Origin: Eledone cirrhosa
Taxonomy: Eukaryota
Assembly: GCA_964016885.1 (NCBI GenBank)
Contig: OZ024741.1
Span: 362,390,001 to 362,454,000, forward strand
Reading direction: 5' to 3'
DNA: 64,000 bases
How positions within the stretch are numbered: position 1 is the stretch's first letter; the number at the start of each line of letters is the position of its first letter. The notes beneath the pieces were generated by a model that saw only the letters and a program-made list of their open reading frames with translations, was not told the DNA's origin and did not search any database. Below, in pieces: positions 12,420 through 26,167 of this stretch. The position numbers were made by a program, and so were the translations under genes.

Positions 12420-14620
12420 CCTAAATGCAAAAACAGAAATTTTCACCAGTTGCCCACACATGAAATCACACTTGCTTTCCAGCTCATATAAACTTAACTC
12501 ACTTTCAGATACTTATCCTCCATAAACTCTTGTTCTTCACTTTCCTCTGTAAAGAGGATAATTAAAGGAAAGTGAAGAACAAGAGTTTATGGAGGATAAG
12601 TATCTGAAAGTGAGTTAAGTTTATATGAGCTGGAAAGCAAGTGTGATTTCATGTGTGGGCAACTGGTGAAAATTTCTGTTTTTGCATTTAGGCAGGTTTT
12701 TGGTGATTTAAGATTCTGTAAAATCCAATATTTTTCACTTATGCAGAGTGTGCATCTTTTTGTTCCTCTTGCATATTCTTTAGATTGGTTCAAAATTGAC
12801 CAATCCAATTTATATTGGATACCTTGGTTTTTCAAATCCCATATTCTGCTAGCCAGAGCTGTTGTAAATCTTTTTTCAGGATGTCGGAAAGATGCGACAT
12901 GTGAGTAATAACGCGTTTTGAATTTGTCTTGTGTCATACCCACATATCGTTCGCTGGTGGCTGGTAGGTTGTTGTTGATGGTTGTCACTTTAGCCGCATA
13001 TACAATGGCTTTGGTGTTGCATTTATCTTGTAATGGGCATTCACTCTACAGGAGCAATTTTGATGTTCTCTTGGTGTTTTCTTATTGAGGATATAAGATT
13101 TAATAGGGGGACCGCAGTAGTAGCTAATTTTGACACAGTTTCTATTGAAGATCTTATAGTATCTATGTGTTCTAGGGAAATGTTTATTTAAGAGCTCTAG
13201 GAATTGTTTGCCTACATTAGTTTTAACTGCTAAAGAGTAGGGGGGGGGTGAACCAGATTATTTTTCTTTTCCTATTATTATGTTTAAATTTAAAGGAGTT
13301 AGTATTATTGGGTATGTACTTAATCGGTTCGCTGAATCCGCTATTTTGAAGGGCTTTATTATAGTAGGGGATGCCTTATTTAAAGTAGCTTCTGGGGAAG
13401 AGAGGGTGGAGATCCTACGGCTAATATTAGGGATAAGGTTTTTAAAAACTATAGGAGGATGGCAAGAGCCTTTATTTATATATTTTAAATTTTCATTAGG
13501 TTTATGGTACGGTTTATAAGAAGCAGTAGGCAGATCTAGGTTTATATCTAGAAAATTAACATTGGAAAGGTTAGTGTCAATGGTAATTTTAAGATTAAAA
13601 CTAGCGAAGGTTTTTATTAAGTCTTTCCTTAATCTATCTAAGTTATGGCCTATGGTGGTATAGGAAAGTATTAAACCATCGTCGCGATAAAGCCCAAAGG
13701 TATGGTTAGGGAATTTCTCTTTAAGTGTGTGTAGGAGGAATAGGCCGACTAAATCACAAACATCAGCACTGTCAAAAGAACCCATTAAGACATCGAATGG
13801 GTTCTCTGGGTTAGATATTTTTACCCAAGTGTCATTATTAGTAAAAAGTAGATTGTTTCTAGCATGCAAAATGACATTCTCTTCAATATCAGAAATATTG
13901 ATAAACTTTCTAGCGAAATTTAAGGCTTTCGTTAAAAGAGGGTGAGTAATAGACGGGTAGAAGTCTACAATGTCAAATTGGGTGAATCTAGAACTATTTT
14001 TATCTTTAATATTATTAAACCAATGTACTACGGAAGAGCTATTTATCCATTGGAGTAATTCAGACTTACTTCTAATGTGTGTTTATATTATTTAATATTT
14101 TTTTGCTAGCAAGACCGATTTCAGTCTTAGCAGGGTTGATTAATCTACAACTAGGACGATTAATAAAGTCTGGTTTGTGACCTTTGAGGGTGATATAGGC
14201 ATTACGTTTAGCAAGTTTTTCTGTTCTATTGTCTATTTTTAAAAAACTAGCTAATTCTTTAGCTTCCTTATTTATATTATTATACGTGTTTATATTAGCT
14301 ATTTGGTATTTAGAGGTGATGTTATCTGTTAAGAGTTGGTCATGTAAATTATTATTAACTTCGTATAAATTTTTGGTTTTGTCAGAGAAAATGAACTTAT
14401 TTTTAGAAGATTTGAATATTGAAATATCATTAGATAGTTTAGATTGAAAAGGGTTAGAGTACTTACGAAATTTGATATTGTTGATTAAATTAACTAAGTC
14501 TAGTTCAAAAGCGGTCATATCTTTTACTCTTTGCGGGTATTTATGAGTTTTGATATCAAAATGTATGTTTATTTCAAAAGGATAACCTCCTTCAAATTCG
14601 GTCAACACACAAGCAGGTAA
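12420..14620 (-). mobile_element. Penelope-like element, Naiad-like (RT plus GIY-YIG), frameshifted, with an inverted 3' duplication
   Basis: SDKTKNLY, RLINPAK, FDIVDFYPSI, MGSFDSADVCDLVG, GLYRDDG, CSCR..CPL..KC, YVGMT..FKTR, CTLC..EK; inverted arms at 12420-12546 and 12566-12692. Confidence 0.88.
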
Positions 14621-15299
14621 TTTAAAAAATTTTCGCCACGCAACTATCAACAACATCAGCAGCAGCAACACATGGCTATCACCACTACCATCAGCAGCGG
14701 CGACAACACATGGTTAACTATTAACCAACAACAGAGAATAGCGATGTGGCAGCCTTGTAACTTTACCGACGCAACCACCATACCTTCTGTCTCGTTACCA
14801 CAGGGACTCGAGAAATTAAGACATCAGTCTTCTCACCACTATGGCGTCAGACGTGACTTGCATATTGGTGACTCTATGCTCTTCAACGCTCGACTTCGAT
14901 TCTACAGAAGATTCACTGTGGCTTTTTCTTTAATAACAACAACAGCAACAAAAACTCTACTAGCTTCCTAGTAAGAGCGGTCCCAAAGAAATTTCAAAGA
15001 AAAGAAAAAGCGAACTTTGTTTTAAGAAACAATTATTTCTTTCTTTCTCTATTTACAGGCAATGTCCGGACATTTATTCTTTTAGAACTGCATTATATGA
15101 AAATTTATTCTTTTTTATCATTGTATATATGACTGCATAATTTTCTTTATCATTGTATATATGACTGCACCCACACATTCTTTGCTGTATTACATGCCTG
15201 CATATGCACACACATTTCTTTGACACACACCAACATGTTGTTGTTAGTATATGTTCTTCAAACGTAATATTCTGCGAGATCCCTTTTCACCTAGTTGAG

Positions 15300-16268
15300 G
15301 TGCCGACACATGCTAGCGACTCATAGAACGTAATTCACCTGGATTCAAACTGGCACCGCAACACGAGAACTGCTAATTGCAGCTGGATTCAAACAGCTTC
15401 GCATCTCGTTGCACACTCATCGTCCTATAGCATAACAACCTCCATCTTGTTACTTTACCCGACTCACTGGGAAAACAACAAATGGAACTGGACCTGTCAG
15501 CATTTCCACCACTTCTGTGGGTTCGCCAGAGTTATGGAATTTACACTGCAACTACTACCCACCTACAGATTCAACTTGCTTTTTTCTTTTCAAAGCAACC
15601 AGTCATTTTTCCTGGCTGCCTAGCACTTTCAGCAATACATCTGGGAGGCCGACATTTTCTCGCCTACCCATCATCTTCTTGCCAGCACTGGTAAACTACC
15701 ATAATAGCTTCATCCACAGCTACTGGTACAACACTTACCATTAACATTTAATGCAAGAACAGCAACTTCGCCCATGTCAGACTTTATCCGTTTTCTGTTA
15801 GACCCTTAATGGTCACGTATAAACTACAAAACAGCTAGTCATTTGACACAGCGGCTCAACACGGCCCTTAACGCCTTTTTTTTCTTACATGCATTCTTCT
15901 GTTCAATTATTTTTTTCACTGATGTGCTCTTTCAGCATTTTTTTCCTGCTGATTCAATAATCTGTATCGTATTACGACTAGAGGGGGAGTATTGTAGTGA
16001 CCTACATTCCGCGAGCTCACATACATTCTCTGTGCGTGATTTGGCCCAGCTCAGCCAATCAGCGCCAGTAGAAGAGAATGTATCCCTACGCGCCCTGAGG
16101 GAGAAATTTCCCGCGAGGATTTGAAGAATCAACCTCTCGCATCCTGAACTTCGAAGGAACAACACGTACAACATGTAACGGTGAGATTTTGCACTTTGGC
16201 CTGCCGGCCTGCCTCGGGCCTGGCATAATGGCACATTCCTTTTGTAACCTTTTTTAGGTTGAACTACA
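15300..16268 (+). mobile_element. Gypsy-type 3' remnant: decayed internal region, polypurine tract and 3' LTR (15993-16268)
   Basis: PPT AGAGGGGGAG at 15980-15989 just before TGTAGT; LTR ends ACTACA, giving 6-bp terminal inverted repeats; integrase C-terminal traces upstream are weak. Confidence 0.65.
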
Positions 16269-16528
16269 ATCATACAATTTAACAAACATTACTTTGTGCC
16301 ACAACAAATAAACATACTTTTCATCCCACGAACATTCTTCTTGCTGACGTTGTTATCAAGTTACTCGTTTGTCGATATGACTAACACATCTTTCTACCAA
16401 ACTGATTACTCGTGGCGTTATAACAATTACATTATTTCCTCTAACAACTTTGTTACTATATTAAAAAACCCTTATCATCTGCTAAATATGTAAGTATGTT
16501 TGTTTCTTAAAATAAACTAATGACGTAC

Positions 16529-16882
16529 CTTTCTTTTGGGATATTCTATATACAAGATAGTTCCTTTCAGTTGATCTCCTTTCTTTACTAATCCTTCCAG
16601 AATCCATTCAGTTTTACATACAAATATCCTAGTTTCGGACCCAATTTGCAGTTGGAAAATATCGCCGTGTTGTTTTCGAAGATCGTTCACATTTATATAA
16701 ACAGCTGTGGTCGTAATCAGCTGAGGTAAATTTCCAATTATTGGAAAAGATATTGGACCCGGAGGTAAATTGTATCTATGTTTTGGTCGTGTCATCAACC
16801 ATCGTATGATCAGTAGAATGACCAATCCAAACAAGAAACTTTGTATATTAATTTCAGTAAAATATAATGCTGAAGTATCCAT
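16529..16882 (-). pseudogene. Cytochrome P450 (CYP2 clan) first coding exon, probably frameshifted and orphaned
   Basis: Membrane anchor, basic stretch, LPPGP..FPIIGNL, HGDIFQLQIG, EGLVKKG; donor AG|GTACGT at 16529/16528; the expected GRP motif is missing and no downstream exon was found. Confidence 0.75.
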
Positions 16883-17444
16883 ACTGAAATTTTGTCTTGC
16901 CTTATTGTTGCAATGACGAATCCGAATCTACAACTGAATAACTTTCTCCCAGAAACAAGACTTCCTAAACATAGATGTTATTTAAATCTGATCTACAGTC
17001 CAAATAAACAATAATTATGCTGGAGCCAATTCTGTCGTGTCGTATATATCTATCGTCGCAGTCAGTCTAAATGTTAGTCCGTGAAACCTTAGTATATATT
17101 ACTGACCGTAACCTCTTTTCTCTTCCAGTTTAGTTTCACTGAAACGTAAATAAAACGATAAGATAAAATAAAAAATAACAAAATAAAAATGCACACGGCA
17201 AAGTGTAATAATAATACTATTTATAGTTATGTATATAGTATAAACAACTATAAACAGGAGGGTCAGTAATTTCTTATTACCTTATTAACAGTAAGAGAAA
17301 TAGTTCAATGTATGAACATCAGTTGTTTTACAGAGCAGGAAAATAAATAAATTATACAATTATCAAAGTAGTGTTCAAATCATTTCTGTATATACACCTC
17401 TACAAAAATATCTACTAATATATAATACCTTTGTGTTTTTGTCG

Positions 17445-17745
17445 TCACAAGAGATGACTGACGAAGGAAGGAGTGATGGCAAACTGAGAAAGGAAGCGGT
17501 GATAACGTCAATTGAGAATGGGATGTGATGATAACGTCGACTGTGGAAAGAAGGGGTGATAAAGTCGACTGTGGAAAGAAAGGGTGATAACGTAGACTGC
17601 GGAAAGAAGGGGTGATAACGTCGACTGAGAATGGGATGGGATGATAATGTCGACTGAGAAAGGAAGAGGTGATAACGTCGACTGAAAAGAAGGGATGATA
17701 ACGTCGATTGAGGAAGGAAGGGATGATAACGTTGACTGAGAAATG
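17445..17745. repeat. Minisatellite of about 11 copies of a ~26-bp unit (GATAACGTCGACTGAGAAAGAAGGGT-like)
   Basis: Seen directly; lies just before a Helitron-like end (..GCAGCTAG|T at ~17831). Confidence 0.85.
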
Positions 17746-18408
17746 TTTGTATGTCTGTATCACTTGTGTGGGTGAGGGTGAAGGAACCAACCAACCAACA
17801 AACAAATATTTGACGGCGCTGGAGCAGCTAGTATATATTTAACGAAGGGTATAAATAAGAATTAGTTAGATGGATTAACACGGTTATTAGAAATGATTAT
17901 AACAATAATAAAGATTTAGTTTATATATTAAGGTTTACTTCACTTGAGTCAAAATATAGAAGAATAAGCATGAGTCAAAAAGAACAATAATCAAGTTACC
18001 ACGAGTTGCGAAGGTTGACAATGTTATTTTGTTGTTGATGTGAAAACAGCGAGCGGCCAGATAAAGTTTGTTGGTGGTCGCAGTCCGTGGTAGTAGTTCT
18101 CGTCGTGAGTCTGGTTTAGTCTGAGGCCAAGAGAGAGAGAGGTAGTAATGGTCTGTAATTGACTGTAGACCACTGGGGCCTGAAGGTAGCGGTGAATCTT
18201 TCCATAGATTGTTGTAGGCATAATGCTCCGACCTCTCTGTTTAAACGTGGGATGATACAGGCTTTATATACCTGTCGCTTTCTGTCTCCCACCTTGACGG
18301 GATAGCCCACGCATGAACCTGTTCATACCAAAAGGGTGGTGACCTAGAGTTTGACCTTTAGGTGTCATCCAAGGTTCAAGGCGTGGACAGATTTCGCTAC
18401 ATATACAT

Positions 18409-19736
18409 ACTAGCAGTGTATCCCGGCGTTGCACGGGTAAGAACATTGGTAATAGCACCTCCAATGAGAAACGTTTATTTGTGAGTGCCTGTTAAAAACT
18501 CACGAACTGGACATGCTCACCGACATCCAGAGTTGACACTGCACTCAGTGCTCCTGTGGGATCCCCCTGCATGGACACACTGGAAGAGGAAGACCGAAGT
18601 TAACATATGTTGATGCCCTAAGGACAGACACTGGTCTGTTGGAGATGCAGGATATGGCACCGATAATGAGGGACAGATACCGCTGGAGAGAACTCGTTCA
18701 TGGATCTCGGGAATTTTACCCGCCCTAGATAGATAGATAGATAGATAGATTTTATGTGTACATATATATAAATATGTATATGTGTTTGTATATGTATGTA
18801 TATCTATACATACATATAAAAGTGAAATTGTCTGTGTGTGTGTGTATGTCCTCATTTTTGCACCGTCAAGGAAGCACCAGAGATGTCGCAAACTCAGCGC
18901 GTGTTTGCGCATCATCAGCCACGGCATTCCCAACCCTCCACGCAACGAGTGTTGACAGCAGATGGATCGTCTGACCATGGGAGCACGTCCCTTCTATAAA
19001 AGGCGGAAAAGGAGGCGCTCCATTTTTGTCAGAGTTGGGCTGGGGCAAGGCACAACGGTTAGGCGGTAGTAGATGACAGATGCGATGAACGCATTCGCCA
19101 CCTCTGCCCGTCCTTTCAGAGACAGCTTCCTCTCGGTCCATTTCTGGGTGAGAGAGGCCACCCTGTTCGTCATCTCGCTCCAGTTTTTCTACATCTGGAG
19201 GTCCGGACCGAACCAGACCCCGAGCAATTTAACCGGTCCTTCTGTCCAGCGCCCCACGACGCTGTCGGGCGGCATGGACTTGCTTCTCCAGGTGCCGAGC
19301 TGTAAGCCCACCGACTTTTCCTGGTTTAACTTTGCTCCTTTCACTGCTTCATATTCCTTGAGAGCGGTACCTAGCATCTGGACATTTCCGGCGCTTGACC
19401 GGGCCGCTCTAATTATGCGCCTGTAGACTGAGTAGTGTAAAACTGAGAGAGGGCGCTTGCCCTGGTGGGTAGGGTGGCCGTGGTCTTTTGTGTGGTTTTC
19501 GCCACGAGTGACCCCCGGAAGTTTGCCTCCTATTGCGGAATTTTTGAATTTTTTGATATTTCTATCTTCTTGTTATAACCTTTTTACACAGCCAAAACCC
19601 ACGCTGGAGCGAACTCGTCCATGGATCTCGGGAATTTTACCCGCCCTAGATACATAGATAGATATATTTTTATGTGTATATGTATATATAAGTATATGTG
19701 TGTATATATGTGTGTATATGCGTTTGTATATGTATG

Positions 19737-19827
<91 letters not shown>

Positions 19828-20211
19828 ATGTATGTATATGTGTATATATGTGTGTGTATATGTATATATGTGTATATATATGTGTGTATATATATATATA
19901 TGTATATATGTGCGTGTGTGTGTGTGTGAATGTGGCGAAGATAATACGTCAGCAATGACGTATTGATCATAATGTCGTTATGCAGACAGCCAGGCATACA
20001 GACAGATATTATAAAGGCGCGACGGAGATCGATAACCGGCGCTTAACACTCGTTTAACTACAGAAAATTGAAAAATAAAAGCTGCAGTTAATATCTTTAG
20101 ACCGCAAGGAATATATAAATGCATGTTTGAAGTCAATCAGAGTAGAAAGGTGGATTTGTATAGACTTTGCAAAAATGGGGACACACAGACAACTACAGTT
20201 TTATATATAGA
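18409..20211 (-). mobile_element. Non-autonomous Helitron-like interval containing Tx1 pieces
   Basis: 3' hairpin CCCGTGCAACGCCGGG plus CTAG|T at ~18409; 5'-type end TCTATATATAAAACTGTAG at ~20211. Confidence 0.5.
18860..19650 (-). mobile_element. Tx1/L1 fragments (putative 5' end fused to the RT thumb region)
   Basis: LKEYEAVKGAKLNQEKSVGLQLG..LGVWFGPDL..KLSLKGRAEVANAF..GGLGMPWL. Confidence 0.85.
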
Positions 20212-20232
20212 CATAGATATAGATATATGTAT

Positions 20233-20981
<749 letters not shown>

Positions 20982-21173
20982 AAAGAATAGAGGTGTAACA
21001 CACCAGTTATTATATATTGGTAAACGGAATAGAAAATGCTGACAAATTGTTCACAGTTGAAAAATGGTTTAATTAGGAATAAAAGAGTATTAGTGATTGT
21101 ATGGGTTAGTATTCAGTTGTGGTTTTAAGTTTTTAAGTTTTTACCGGTTGCGCATTTCTAAATGCTTTTCAAA

Positions 21174-21251
21174 AATAATTTTGAGATAGAGTGTCCGTGC
21201 TGTTTGCTCTGATCAGAGCAAACAGCACGGACACTCTATCTCAAAATTATT
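21174..21251. repeat. Perfect spacer-less 78-bp palindrome
   Basis: aataattttgagatagagtgtccgtgctgtttgctctga|tcagagcaaacagcacggacactctatctcaaaattatt. Confidence 0.95.
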
Positions 21252-21292
21252 ATATATATATATTGTTATACTTTGGGAGGGTCTCAGAAACG

Positions 21293-21440
<148 letters not shown>

Positions 21441-21799
21441 TAGATAAATCAAGATAGAACCAGTTCAAAACTAGTTAGACCAGCCGTCGTGTCCCAGTTC
21501 TTTATGTGACTTGTTCACTTGTTCACTGAACAAAAGAAACCAAAATAAATTTTTCGGAACGAAAATATATTTTTTCTTTTATATCCCGGCACCCATTTGT
21601 TTATTGTATATAAACATATATTATATGTTTTTATATACACACACACGCACATACATACATACATACATACATACATACATACATACATACATACATACAT
21701 ACATACATACATACATACATACATACATACATACATACACACATAATACAAGCCTGCACTTATTGAACCATATTATGTTGCAACAAACAATATTTATAG

Positions 21800-22346
21800 C
21801 CTTCAGTAGCCGCCCACCTTAAATAAATCTGTATGGTTTCGTACCGTTCCATATAATCCCAATTACCTTTAATGCCGTCTTAGTACGACAGCCAAATAAT
21901 TATAACTATATGCAAATGAGCATTTCCAGCCAATGTTTTCTATTTGCTATATGCAAATGAAGATTTCAAGCAAATGTTTATCACGTAAAATCTATATAAA
22001 TTTTAATCTATTTCCATGTCAGTATCGTTTAAGGGAATGTCACTGATGATAGATTAACGAATATTGAAACAGCGCTGTCTGGTATTCTCGACTGCAAGTG
22101 ACACTCTGTTGACCCTGAAATGGAATGAAACAAGTTTCGCATAAATCGGACCACGGGTTCCCCAGATATAGGGATTTTCCGGGTACCTTCATAAACAGAG
22201 AGAGAGAGAGAGGGAGAGAGAAAGAAGGAGAATGGAAGCGAGAGAGCTGGTGGTGTTGTTGTGTGTATATATGTGTGAGTGTGTGTGTGTATATATATAT
22301 GTGTGTGTGTGTCTATGACCAGTGTATATAGATCACAGACACCTAC

Positions 22347-22379
<33 letters not shown>

Positions 22380-22567
22380 TATACATATATGTGTATACAA
22401 ACGCATATATACATACACACACGTATATATATGGGCCTTCCACTTTCATTTCACATTATATACATGTCTGTGTATATTTTAATTATTTAAAAATTATTTT
22501 TAAGTGAACATGATTTTTTAAAATATTTTGAAGTGAACGTGACCCTATGGGTCACGGGTAGTCTAGT
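21800..22567 (+). mobile_element. Non-autonomous Helitron-like element, family B
   Basis: 3' hairpin CGTGACCC-TAT-GGGTCACG then CTAG|T; a second copy is split across 27880-28195 and 29970-30064; 5' boundary uncertain. Confidence 0.6.
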
Positions 22568-22722
22568 CAGGGCCGTCTTAACGCATGGGCACGCTGGGCA
22601 GTTGCCCGGGGGCCCCACGAGGATAGTGGGCCCATTTGTATTTTTATTCCTGTGAGTGGTAGGAGTCCCAGTGCTCTGCTTTGCCCGGGGGGGGGGGCTA
22701 TAATGCTGTTAAGACGTCCCTG
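22568..22722. mobile_element. hAT-type MITE
   Basis: TIRs CAGGGCCGTCTTAAC / GTTAAGACGTCCCTG; 8-bp TSD AGTCTAGT / GGTCTAGT. Confidence 0.85.
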
Positions 22723-23799
22723 GGTCTAGTGTGTATATAAATACGGAATTTCACTTTCTTTTTTCAGAAATCAGTATAACTTTAGATTCATATGTCCGTG
22801 GAAGGTTCCTTTCCCTCATCTTGCGGACCCAACGTTGACTCCAAACAGTTATTACTCTGTTCTTTTTCTCTGTGTATATTTCTATTTCACGAAGAAATTG
22901 TACTTTGTTCTTCGTCTCTCTCTCCGGTTCATTAACTGTATAAATTTATTCTTTACTTTCGCTTTAGAAAGTTAATTTCATTTTCTGAGAAAAGAGCTCG
23001 CATAAAATAATTTACTCTGCAGTGTTACAGCATCTTTAATTTCTGGCGAGTGTGGAAAAGTATTAGTTAACTGGGTTTAAATACTTCAAAAGCTAATGCC
23101 GTCTCCGTGACTTAGCAAAAAAATATATGGGGCAAGTGTTAAAACAAATTATTTTGAGGTCAATTGAAAAGTCAGTCACCTTCCACAAATCTCAATATTT
23201 ACATGGCAAAGACGGTGATAAAATTCCTCCGAGACATTATTCTCCCTGATATAATGAATGATACTCATCCTTAATGATATTCAATCATGTCTCTTTTAGT
23301 AGTCATTCCATAGATTTTTAATTGTATTCGTAATTGACTTTTGTATCTTTTCGTTCGAGATGCAATCAGACTGTGGGTGTTAGCTATCCATCAATATAGA
23401 CGTTCCTCCACCACCTGAAGTATTCACAGGCCATTTTGAAGGTCCAGGCCGCCGCAGCTGACAAAGGAGATCCGCATCCTTCTCGCAAATGACAGAGAAG
23501 CCAACTGGATTCGTGGGGTCAGCGTTCCAAAAGTCAGTATAAATCTGGGGACAGAACACTGGTTGCATTTTAGAAAACCATTGCACACTGTGTAAACAAT
23601 GTTCAGTAATTGTATCACAGGATCAAGCTTTCTTATCATTGAGCCTTCTGTCTATCAGAACTTGTCTTTATCATGAATTGTTGGACCTTGTGAGTATCGA
23701 GCCTCATGACCGACGAAATTTTGATTAAAGAGCCTTCGGAGTAAGACACAAGCTTATATACAGACACGGCAGATACGGACATACACACAATGACACTTG

Positions 23800-23916
<117 letters not shown>

Positions 23917-24559
23917 ATATATGCACAAATGTACATATATAGATATTTATTGCACCTAATTATGATGCCAGGAAGGAAGAAAATAGGGAAGGAGAGAAAG
24001 AAAAAAGAGAAACGGGGAAAAAAGTAAAAGGTGATGTCGGATGGATATAGAAAGGGTCATAAAATCTGGTTTCGGGGCAAAAGGTCAGATATTGGTTAAG
24101 AGTTGATAGCAAATAGGAAAGGCGGAAGGTAAGATAGTTAGAGGCCCACCTCTAACTATCTTACGTTCGGACGTCACACCAGGTGCATACATGAACCGAT
24201 GCGCACAAACAGGAATTTAGAATTTAAAATTTACGCAAAATAAAATAAAATTAATAATTTAATTTTCTTAAAATAATTAATAATGTAATTTACTTAAAAT
24301 TTAAAGAAATAAAAAAAAACTAAAATCTAAGAAAGGACGGACGAAGATGTTGTATAACATCGGTGAGAGATATGTAGGAGCAAATGAGTACTCACGTATG
24401 AAAATAATTAGGGAGAAGGAGTAGGGAGTTCGGGATTGGAGGGACTCGGCGAAATATAGAGTGGCGGGAGAGGTAGGCAAATTCGTTTATTTCCTCTTGG
24501 GCAAACTCAGGTACTGGGACGTCGGTTGTCGGTGTTGAGGTGGTATAGTTATCTTTTGA

Positions 24560-24830
24560 GGTCGTATGTAGGTTTGAAGCAGAGGTACGATTTTGGGATC
24601 TGATGTCTGCATTTGGTAACTAGTTCCAATGTTTTGTTGGTGAGTGGACCTTTTTCAAATACAATGCAAAGTGCTTCGGCCGAGCACAAATAACAGGGTC
24701 CACCTCTTCCTTGTTAGGCTGGGCCTTTGTGATGATGCTCCAGCTAAAGTTCGAAGCGATTCCTTTTTTCACGTAGACTCCAGACAAAACTAGAGAGCCT
24801 TGTGGTATGTTTCTTGTTCTGATGTGCGCT
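24560..24830 (-). mobile_element. Decayed Naiad-like Penelope endonuclease C-terminus
   Basis: HQNKKHTTRLSSFVWSL..WSIITKAQP aligns by eye with the ORFs at 12587-12988 and 28593-29027. Confidence 0.55.
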
Positions 24831-24849
24831 CTTAGTTTCCCATTTACTA

Positions 24850-26000
24850 GGTAAAGTAAAATTCCCTACCTGAGAGACCTAGCCACTAACAATCAAGCAA
24901 TATGCATGGCACTAACTGAAGCGCACCTGACAACTAATATAACAAGATGCGGAAATACACATACCAAAGTATGCTGTATTTCGTACTGACAGGAGAGACT
25001 AAACTTATGGTGGAGTTGCTCTGTACACCCGCGAAGATGTCATACCCATTGTACTGTTGACACATTCCAACTCAGTCTGTGACACACGAATAGTACATGT
25101 AAAGCAACTCAAAATGCCCCTAGTCATGAAGGTAAGTTTGAAGATAGCCTCAGAAAGATGGAAGAAGTCCTTAACAAACTGGATTAGTCTCTACGTGTTG
25201 CTTCTGGGAGACTTTAACCTTTCCAAGGTCAAATAGCATGAAGGCCACCTCCTCCCAGTAATGACAGCACTCGCACAGAGACAGACAGAAACCCTGCTGG
25301 ACCTCACAAACAGGCTGTTCGTGGAACAAGCAGTACTTCACCCAACAAGAGGTGAAAATGTCCTGGATTTCAGCTTTACAAATAACACGGTGCTTATCCA
25401 CAATGTAAAGGTGACACTAACGATATTCTCAGATCATAACTAATGATATATGGTCCAAAGGAGTCAGTAGAGACGCAACCATTAGGAAGCACTGGGAATT
25501 TATCCAGCCTAAACTTTCACAGGGCTAACTGGAAAAGGATCCAGGAAGAGATCCTGAAGCAAAACTGGAGCGACATCTCCACACAAGACATCAACGCGCA
25601 ATTTCAACATTTGATGACAACGATACAAAACATATGCCATAAATTTGTCCCAGGAAAAAAAAAGGCCAACAGACACACACATTTTACTCACAGAGACAGG
25701 AAAATCCTTATGAGACGAAGAATAAAGATTTCAAACCTGTTAAATTCACAACAAAAGAACAAGAAGGAACCCTATCTGAAACAGGCACTGCTTGAAATTG
25801 AAACTGCACTCAAACGTTCTCGTGTGAAGGAGGGGGCAGAGAGAGAAGCCAGAGCCATAGAAAATATCAGAACAAACCCCAAGGCCTTATTTAAATTTTC
25901 AAAAGAAACTGCCTCGGTACTCTGCAAGATTGGGCCACTTTTCCATTAAAATGGCTCGTTGACTGAGGATCCTCAAGGAATCAGTGAGATACTGAATGAT
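24850..26000 (+). mobile_element. CR1/L2-group LINE fragment (APE endonuclease and linker)
   Basis: ALTEAHL, VFRTDR..GGVALY, LLGDFNL, PTRGENVLD, SDHN, NFHRANW, NPKALF. Confidence 0.8.
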
Positions 26001-26099
26001 CGTGTGTTTTGACATTTGCCGTTTGTGTGTGTTATTAATGGTGTTAGTCACTTAGTCATGAGCTGACTGTGTATATGTGTATGTGACACACACACGCAC

Positions 26100-26167
<68 letters not shown>

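Noticed and set aside
12587-14620. Selenocysteine UGA codons or a SECIS, as reported for some Naiad elements
   Set aside because: The ORF breaks I traced are frameshifts, the conserved Cys codons I checked are TGY, and I saw no convincing SECIS here or at 28400-28590.
17445-17745. CRISPR-like periodic array
   Set aside because: Units are contiguous and mutually similar with no unique spacers, no cas genes are present, and the context is eukaryotic; it is a minisatellite.
23380-23760. GC-richer unique-looking stretch with short ORFs
   Set aside because: No recognisable protein motif or clear splice structure.
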